Origin: Acaryochloris marina MBIC11017
GTDB taxonomy: Bacteria > Cyanobacteriota > Cyanobacteriia > Thermosynechococcales > Thermosynechococcaceae
Length of the DNA: 32,000 nt
Direction: 5' to 3'
NCBI RefSeq assembly: GCF_000018105.1
Contig: NC_009925.1
Span: 4,770,001-4,802,000 of the forward strand
Shown: in pieces, positions 25,807-32,000 of the stretch
Position numbering within the stretch: the stretch's first letter is position 1
Layout of the letters: every line of letters begins with the position of its first letter
Notes under the pieces: model-generated
Database searches by the model: none
What the model saw: the letters and a program-made list of their open reading frames with translations, nothing else
Told to the model about the DNA's origin: nothing
Position numbers and translations under genes: made by a program

Positions 25807-26105
25807 GGTTTCACCCCCATCCAGAGATCACAAAGATTAACAGCTCTATTCCCCAGCTCAAATCGAGACGAGTCGTAGAAATATCTGTAGTACATATACT
25901 ACAAAGCTTTTTTGGATTCAGCAACCTTTCTTGTGCCCTGTTCTTCCAGTCTGATCGCCAATGTCAACACCATATCCCTGGGTGATGTTGAATTCCCTAC
26001 ACCAGAAGGGAACGATCACCTCAGGGGAATGGTTACAGCAATATGTCTGAAGTATGGCCAGTATGTTTGGGCAGCAGTTAGCTGCTAGGTTGAATTCTAT
26101 AAGTT

Positions 26106-27575
26106 ATGGCGTTGTCCCATTCAAGTGTTGTGGTTAAGTTACCTCACTCCTTAGAACCCTCCACTGGCGATATTCGAGCCCCTCAAAAACTAAGATTTGC
26201 TAAAGGCTTGATGGGACGTTGGCCCAGAATTAGCGCTTTGTTGGTGAGTGATTTCTTGGCCTTGGGCATTGCCTGGAAAATTGCGGCTCGGTTTAATCAG
26301 TTTTACGCGCCCATCCCACCGCAACTGGTTTGGTGGTCTTGGTTAGGGCTACCCAGCTTATTTTGGGTGTTTTCGAGCCTGATGGTTATTGTGCTGGCCT
26401 GTGGTGGACTTTACAACACATCAGGAGCCTGGAAACACTACGTTCGCGCCGGCCAGTTGGTCAGCTTGACGTATTTATGGTCCTTAGTGATCAGCTATTT
26501 TTATGACCCCAAGCTCGATGCTCCGCGATCGTTATTTTTTACGGCTTGGTTTGGCAGTGTGGTAATGGTGATCGGATTACGGCTGATGACCACCCTGGTC
26601 TTAGAACAAATTGGCCTCTTCCACCGCAACAAAATTCCGGTCTTTATTATTGCGCCTGCGGATCGCTTACCCGTGCTCGCTAAAGTGATTCAGCAGCAGT
26701 CACAGTATCGGATTGTTGGTGCCGCCCTTTCCTCCACCGCCAATGCTAATAGCATGATGCAGTTAATTTGCAAGACGCCTGCGGTCGAAGTGTTGGCAGA
26801 AGAGCTTCCCCAAACGGATTTGGCCTCAATGCTGTATTGGCAACTGAGACGAGAAGGAATTACCCTTCGCCTCTTGCCTTCCAGTGTAGAAATGCTGCAT
26901 CGCCGAGGCATTCCCGAAATGTTTGCCCATATTCCCACTTTAAGGACAGAAGTCCCGCTATTAGGTGGACTCGATTATCAGGTCAAACGCTTGATCGATA
27001 TTTTTGCGGCCCTTGGCTTGTTGGTTGTGTTGATGCCCGTTTTTATAGGAATTGCCATTGCCATTAAGCTCACGGCTCCCGGACCCGTGTTCTTCTGTCA
27101 AGAGCGGATTGGGCTGGGCGGACGGAGCTTCCAAATGTGGAAGTTTCGAACCATGGTGGTTAATGCAGAGGCACTACAGGCCCAGTTGGAATCTCAGAAT
27201 CAAAATAAAGATGGCATTCTGTTCAAGGTCAAAGATGACCCCCGGCTGACGAAGTTAGGGAAGTTCTTACGTCGCACGAGCTTAGATGAACTTCCTCAAC
27301 TGATTAATGTTTTACTGGGACAAATGAGCCTTGTAGGGCCTCGTCCACTGCCCATCCGGGATGTAGAGCGGTTTGACTCTTGGCATCATATCCGCCATCA
27401 TGTTGTTCCTGGTATGACAGGGTTATGGCAAATTTCAGGCCGCTCCCAGGTGGGCAACTTTAATGAAGCCGCTCGCCTGGATCTGTATTACATCGATAAC
27501 TGGTCCCTAAACCTAGATCTCGAGATATTGGTAGAAACTGCAAGAATTGTGTTGTTCGGCTATGGTGCGTACTAA
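26106..27575 (+). CDS. Polyprenyl glycosylphosphotransferase (bacterial sugar transferase, WbaP/EpsB-like)
   Basis: N-terminal TM helices, then KRLIDIFAALGLLVVLMPVFIGIAIAIKLTAPGPVFFCQERIGLGGRSFQMWKFRTM...PRLTKLGKFLRRTSLDELPQLINVLLGQMSLVGPRP...PGMTGLWQISGRS. Confidence 0.9.
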   Translation: MALSHSSVVVKLPHSLEPSTGDIRAPQKLRFAKGLMGRWPRISALLVSDFLALGIAWKIAARFNQFYAPIPPQLVWWSWLGLPSLFWVFSSLMVIVLACGGLYNTSGAWKHYVRAGQLVSLTYLWSLVISYFYDPKLDAPRSLFFTAWFGSVVMVIGLRLMTTLVLEQIGLFHRNKIPVFIIAPADRLPVLAKVIQQQSQYRIVGAALSSTANANSMMQLICKTPAVEVLAEELPQTDLASMLYWQLRREGITLRLLPSSVEMLHRRGIPEMFAHIPTLRTEVPLLGGLDYQVKRLIDIFAALGLLVVLMPVFIGIAIAIKLTAPGPVFFCQERIGLGGRSFQMWKFRTMVVNAEALQAQLESQNQNKDGILFKVKDDPRLTKLGKFLRRTSLDELPQLINVLLGQMSLVGPRPLPIRDVERFDSWHHIRHHVVPGMTGLWQISGRSQVGNFNEAARLDLYYIDNWSLNLDLEILVETARIVLFGYGAY

Positions 27576-28682
27576 AGCGTAGGGTAATGTACCCACCATA
27601 AAAATAAAGTCCCTTCGGTATTAACGACCATCATGCCTATAAAGGGTTAGACTCGTTAATTTGCGTCTTGCTCTTTCGAGACAAGTTGCCGTTTCGAGGA
27701 CTTAACTGAGCTATACGGGGGGATCGATAGCCCATCTATATACGAGTATAAACCGATTTATTCTCCATGACTACAAAAAGCCATTAAATTTCTATTTAAT
27801 TTGCCCTATAGAAATATACTAAAAACCCGAAATCCTTTCCAGAAAAGGATTGTGGCAAATTAACATTCCCTTACAAAACCAGTTCTCGCATTACAGGATT
27901 TCAGAATATTCTGCCAGACTTAAAAAGTGATATAAATCACATTCGATTATCTTCAAACTATCCAACATGTGCCTGTTGTCTACAGCAATAAACCCGCTGT
28001 AAATGCCTTAGCCTCAACATTGGGCTCAATCCACCTGTCGCTCATACTGAGGTCATTAAAGCTCTCTCCGGTCCATGTAAACCTGCAAACAAACAACGAT
28101 GGCTTTTCTGAGAGAACTATCATTGCCCAACAGCCCCTGCTCCAGAAATCGCTGGTCATGATCACCACAACATTTCCATAGCGGTGGCAAGACACTTCTC
28201 ACATTTCAGAACCAGCAATGGATGTACAACTCTCTTCTTCCCGAGTTGAAATCATATATCCCTAGTGGTCACTAGACAGTTCTTTCAACTGATGTTGCGA
28301 TCTTTCGAAACCTCTAGCTGAATCCGAACCATAGTTGATGCATGTTTAAAACAGCCGATCTCTCGAAGTTGACCTCATAGGTGATCAATCTTGACGTATT
28401 GCCCTGATCCAGATGGGTCAAGATTGCCGACTTTGACGCTTCCAAAGTAGCATTCATCTTTACTGTGCAAGGCAGGAGTGATCACGGTGGCTACATTAAT
28501 TAGGCAAGAAATATGCTCACTTGATCTGTCCTCGCAATATCAAGCTTGCCGTTTAGAGTATTCGTAGCGCTCTTCACTAAGGATGTGACCAAGGCCATTA
28601 ACGAATAGTTGCTAGCAAGTTACCCTGCTATCTATCATCTCAGCGCACACTTATCCTGGGATGGTTTAAACCTTAGTTAAGG

Positions 28683-28701
28683 TAAATGGCTCAGCCATTT
28701 A
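28683..28701 (-). terminator. Palindrome taaatggct-c-agccattta just downstream of the sigma-factor stop; weak terminator candidate
   Basis: Nine-nt arms checked by eye, lying 17 nt past the stop on the minus strand. No clean U-tract follows. A second 14-nt palindrome, accttagttaaggt, abuts it at 28669-28682. Confidence 0.3.
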
Positions 28702-28717
28702 GAGCTACCGAAATCAA

Positions 28718-29515
28718 TTAGACTTCCATTTGTAATGCAGCAGATTTTTGCAAGAGACCGACTAACTCGTCAATTCCTTTCTTGATTCGTCGAGTAACGG
28801 TAACGGGGCTAACGCCAATCCGTTGAGCCACTTCTTGTCGAGACAGTTGATGGACAAAGACAGACTCGATCATTTCTCGGGTGCGATCTTCTAGTTGATC
28901 CAGTGCTTGCTGAAGTTCTAAGCGATCTTCTTGATTCGTTTGCATAATCTGGCACCGAGCATCCATCAGAGTATCCCCAAGGGTCATCATGGAATCAGAC
29001 TGCTGATGATGGCCGGAAGAGACGCGGGCATTCAAGCTAAGAGGAACGCGGTTAGATGCTGCTAGCTTAACTGCTCGCCATTCTTGCATAGATAGATCGA
29101 GTTCGTCGGCGATTTCTTGATCGCTGGGATGGCGTCCTAGTTCCATCGTTAATGCCTGGCGAACTTTTGCGCCATCGCGACTCAGCTGTTGCCATCGACG
29201 AGGGATGCGAACAGTATTGGCACGATCCCGCAAGAAGTGGAGGATTTCGCCTCTAATGTAGGGAACAGCAAATGAGCTAAAGGCATAACCTTGGGTCGGA
29301 TCAAAGCGCTCGATAGCGGTGATCAATCCCAGGAAACCACATTGTTCTAAATCTTCATAAGGCTCTGCACATTGATGAGCGAGACGGTGAGCCACCTTGC
29401 GGACTAATCCCATATTCAAGCGGACCAAACGGTTTCGGAGCTGAACAGAAGGTTTCTGGCGATAAGCAACCAGCATCTCCATTGTTTGGGACTGTAAGGA
29501 AGTTTGATAAGCCAT
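28718..29515 (-). CDS. Group-3 sigma-70 family RNA polymerase sigma factor (SigF-like)
   Basis: LRNRLVRLNMGLVRKVAHRL...YEDLEQCGFLGLITAIERFDPTQGYAFSSFAVPYIRGEILHFLRD...VRIPRR (regions 2 and 3) and LSRQEVAQRIGVSPVTVTRRIKKGI (region 4.2 HTH). The size and absence of region 1.1 fit group 3. Confidence 0.85.
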   Translation of the reverse strand: MAYQTSLQSQTMEMLVAYRQKPSVQLRNRLVRLNMGLVRKVAHRLAHQCAEPYEDLEQCGFLGLITAIERFDPTQGYAFSSFAVPYIRGEILHFLRDRANTVRIPRRWQQLSRDGAKVRQALTMELGRHPSDQEIADELDLSMQEWRAVKLAASNRVPLSLNARVSSGHHQQSDSMMTLGDTLMDARCQIMQTNQEDRLELQQALDQLEDRTREMIESVFVHQLSRQEVAQRIGVSPVTVTRRIKKGIDELVGLLQKSAALQMEV

Positions 29516-29952
29516 AGTTTAATCGTCCTGATGTCCTGTACCTGGAAATCATTATCGAGATACTGAACTTGAAAAACCATCGTTAAAATACGGGACTTTA
29601 TAAAAATAAATGGAAGAAGCCTACGCATTATTACGTAAGTAGATCCCCGGACAGTCTATTTACATTCGGTAATAATTCGGGAGAAATCAGTATTAACACG
29701 GAGTAGTAATGCTTTACCGAAGAAATAACTCCGTATATTTACATTACCTAGACTATCTGTAGCGTCGATGGTCTAGGCATTTATCCCTTTGCAGCATACC
29801 CAAAAATTCTCAGGGTTATATCCACTGTAATAAACACCTTATCTTTAGGGGTTACGGATAACCCTAAATTTGTTCCTCCCTACTAAAGAGGGAGATAAGG
29901 CAAAATGAGAGGTAGCAGACCAGTCAAAGAGTTTGTTTAAAAGAGGAAGTCC

Positions 29953-30684
29953 GTGAGTAATACAAGTAATTTTCGTAACGCTATTCAAGAGGCCAGACAG
30001 AACGCCCTTGTTGGCCCCAATGTTATTCCAAATGCTCTACCTTACCTAGGTGCAGGCTTAGTTTTAACTGCTGTCGGCGCATGGGGTGGTCTAGGAGTTA
30101 TTTCTAGCTTTGGCCCCCAAACTTACAGGGCCACTAGTCTGCCAGCGATGATTCTGTTCTTTGTACTCTTCTTCGTGTCACAAAGAGCAGCCACTAAAGT
30201 CAATAACAACGTTGCTTTGCCCCTGTTGGCAACATTCAGCTTAGTTACTGGCTATACCCTATCCTTGCTTGTTGACATCGCTCTAAAAACATCCGGAGTA
30301 GGTGAAACGGGGTTAGCGATTGCTGCATTGAGTTGTGGCATTACCTTTATTGCCGCTCGTCCTATTGGAGCAAATCTATCAGATGAAGATGGATTTGCCC
30401 TCACCAAAACAATTCAACTAGGGGTGATCGCTTTACTAGTTGTCATGTTTGCCCAAGTCATATGTATGTGGTTTGGCATTATTTCTCCTAGCTGGTTGGA
30501 AATTGGGATTTCCGGCATTGGCGTACTGTTGTTTGTTGGAGCAGCTGTTGTTGACTTCTTTGTTCTGCCTAGAACTTATGAAGATGAGCAATATTTATCT
30601 GCTGCTCTATCCATGTACTTGACCTACGTCAATCTGTTTATCTTTATCCTCAGATTCTTAATCGCAATTAATAGTAGAGATTAA
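29953..30684 (+). CDS. Bax inhibitor-1/YccA family integral membrane protein
   Basis: GTG start with GAGGA upstream. About seven hydrophobic helices. The N-terminus ...ARQNALVGPNVIPNALPYLGAGLVLTAVG and the C-terminus LSAALSMYLTYVNLFIFILRFL are typical of the family. Confidence 0.7.
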   Translation: MSNTSNFRNAIQEARQNALVGPNVIPNALPYLGAGLVLTAVGAWGGLGVISSFGPQTYRATSLPAMILFFVLFFVSQRAATKVNNNVALPLLATFSLVTGYTLSLLVDIALKTSGVGETGLAIAALSCGITFIAARPIGANLSDEDGFALTKTIQLGVIALLVVMFAQVICMWFGIISPSWLEIGISGIGVLLFVGAAVVDFFVLPRTYEDEQYLSAALSMYLTYVNLFIFILRFLIAINSRD

Positions 30685-30707
30685 CGATTGCAGCCGCTAG
30701 TGCTTTA

Positions 30708-30745
30708 GTTTCAGGGGGTTGGATAATTATCCAACCCCCTGAAAC
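30708..30745 (+). terminator. Perfect 38-nt palindrome followed by a T-rich tract; rho-independent terminator candidate
   Basis: gtttcagggggttggataa/ttatccaaccccctgaaac (19-nt arms, perfectly complementary), then ttttaaattt. It lies 24 nt after the BI-1 stop. Confidence 0.75.
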
Positions 30746-30816
30746 TTTTAAATTTCGAACAGAGTCTTTATAAATGAATAGGAAAAGCACTTAGAAAATA
30801 TCGACCAGAGGGAAGA

Positions 30817-31404
30817 ATGATCGGTCAAACAATTCTGATGATGGCAGGACTCAGTTTAGGCATGAGTTTGATGGCCAACAAACCGCAAATATCTCCCCCC
30901 AATCCCGTCTCTTCTACTGTGGCTAGACCTCCCTATAATTGCTTCACGCGTGAGGTTTGGAGTCCAGCGAAGCAGGCTTGGTGTGATCGCTTTGGTCCTC
31001 ACTCTGAGAGGGAGCATTGGCCTGATGTAGCGAGACCGGAGGTATGGGAGAGAGATCGCAACCGCTATACGCCAATTAGCCTAGATTCATTCTCCACTGA
31101 GGCTGCTTTGACAGGGACTGATCCCAAGTCCATTGCTTTATCCTTGGTCGAGTTACCCGACACTGAGGGAGACTCCCAAAAACGAACCTCCGTCTCGATT
31201 CAAAAAGGCCAGTCAGCCGTGGTGATGCTGTCTCAAGTTGGCTTGGCAGATGATTCGGTGCAAGGTCTTCGATACCGCTTTGAATTTGAGCCTCAGGGAA
31301 TGATTGAGGACGAGGAAAAATGGCAACTCGTTTGGATGGGGCGACAGCAACTCTGTTGGCCAGGCCGAGGGCCAGAAAAATGGACCAACCAACCTTGTCT
31401 GTAA
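30817..31404 (+). CDS. Hypothetical secreted protein
   Basis: N-terminal hydrophobic signal-like MIGQTILMMAGLSLGMSLMA. Cysteines occur at both ends (CFTREVWSPAKQAWC...LCWPGRGPEKWTNQPC). No family recognised. Confidence 0.5.
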   Translation: MIGQTILMMAGLSLGMSLMANKPQISPPNPVSSTVARPPYNCFTREVWSPAKQAWCDRFGPHSEREHWPDVARPEVWERDRNRYTPISLDSFSTEAALTGTDPKSIALSLVELPDTEGDSQKRTSVSIQKGQSAVVMLSQVGLADDSVQGLRYRFEFEPQGMIEDEEKWQLVWMGRQQLCWPGRGPEKWTNQPCL

Positions 31405-31405
31405 C

Positions 31406-32000
31406 TTAGGGATGTTGCGAGCGATCCAGTTCAGCATCTTCCCAGGACACTGGATCTTCGATGGGTTCTAAATGGGTCATCACATGGGTGCCAGGTAAAG
31501 CGGTCATAATCGATTGTTCCAAGATGTCGCATAGCTCATGGCCTTTTTGGACGGACCAATTCCCCGGCACTAGAACATGAAAAGAAACAAAATTTCGAGC
31601 CCCAGCCACACGGGTACGGAGGGCATGGAACTGAATACCTTGGGATTGGTAGGCCGTTAAAGTAGCGCGAATAACAGCTTGGTCTGCTTCAGGCAGCGCG
31701 CTGTCCATCAGCCCAGACATGGTTTCCCGAATCAGCTTGCTGGAGACCCAAGCAATATTCAAGGCAACTAATAGGGCCATGATTGGATCGAGAATCAGCC
31801 ATCCCGTCAGCTTCACAATTACCAAACCCGCCACCACCCCAACCGATGTCCAAACATCGGTTAATAAGTGGTGAGCATCAGCTCTGAGGGTGATCGAACG
31901 TAACCGTTTACCAGCCCGGAGTAAAACCCAGGCCACACCAGCATTGACTAGGGATGAAAGGATGGATAAGCCTAAACCGAGTTCCAACTCTGCGAGGGGC
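31406..32000 (-). CDS. Cation diffusion facilitator (CDF) transporter, C-terminal part; the 5' end lies beyond the right edge
   Basis: The frame stays open upstream of the track's TTG start through position 31999. ADAHHLLTDVWTSVGVVAGL (the TM5 HxxxD metal site) and the C-terminal cytoplasmic domain FHALRTRVAGARNFVSFHVLVPG...H are CDF hallmarks. Confidence 0.8.
   Translation of the reverse strand, partial: PLAELELGLGLSILSSLVNAGVAWVLLRAGKRLRSITLRADAHHLLTDVWTSVGVVAGLVIVKLTGWLILDPIMALLVALNIAWVSSKLIRETMSGLMDSALPEADQAVIRATLTAYQSQGIQFHALRTRVAGARNFVSFHVLVPGNWSVQKGHELCDILEQSIMTALPGTHVMTHLEPIEDPVSWEDAELDRSQHP

Noticed and set aside
25886-25903. Possible cyanobacterial LexA box upstream of rtcB-ruvB
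   Set aside because: Only the AGTAC half matches RGTAC-N3-DGTWCB; the second half is TACT(A), not GTWC. It is kept only as an unassigned palindrome.
27969-28195. Two mutually antisense 70-aa ORFs in the long convergent gap
   Set aside because: Neither has an RBS, a recognisable motif or a codon-usage signal that I can see. At most they are possible gene relics.

Overview
The window looks like a cyanobacterial chromosome segment. Evidence: at least seven copies of the HIP1 palindrome GCGATCGC, plus gene content typical of cyanobacteria (AAA-like/WD40 NTPases, a group-3 sigma factor). I support about 27 protein-coding genes. I saw no rRNA, tRNA or CRISPR array. From 1 to about 21.7 kb the content is accessory: a truncated P-loop NTPase; a DUF559 endonuclease-fold gene inside a perfect 34-bp inverted-repeat cassette; two overlapping AAA_35-type NTPase genes (one with an HTH, one with a TM helix plus WD40); a DUF1778/GNAT toxin-antitoxin pair; an orphan periplasmic binding protein; a four-gene PspA/IM30 envelope module; a 1449-aa TIR-WD40-Roc/COR-Zn-ribbon-DUF4365-like protein; and three tandem paralogous secreted TPR proteins. 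From 22 to 32 kb the content is ordinary: cupin, GST, ruvB, rtcB, a polyprenyl glycosylphosphotransferase, a SigF-like sigma factor, a BI-1/YccA membrane protein, a secreted hypothetical and a truncated CDF transporter. The strongest candidate for a novel system is the TIR-WD40-ROCO-nuclease-fold protein at 11294-15643. Its WD40 region is encoded by 13 near-identical 126-bp tandem units whose differences cluster in a few codons. All domain calls come from reading motifs by eye; no HMM or database search was run.
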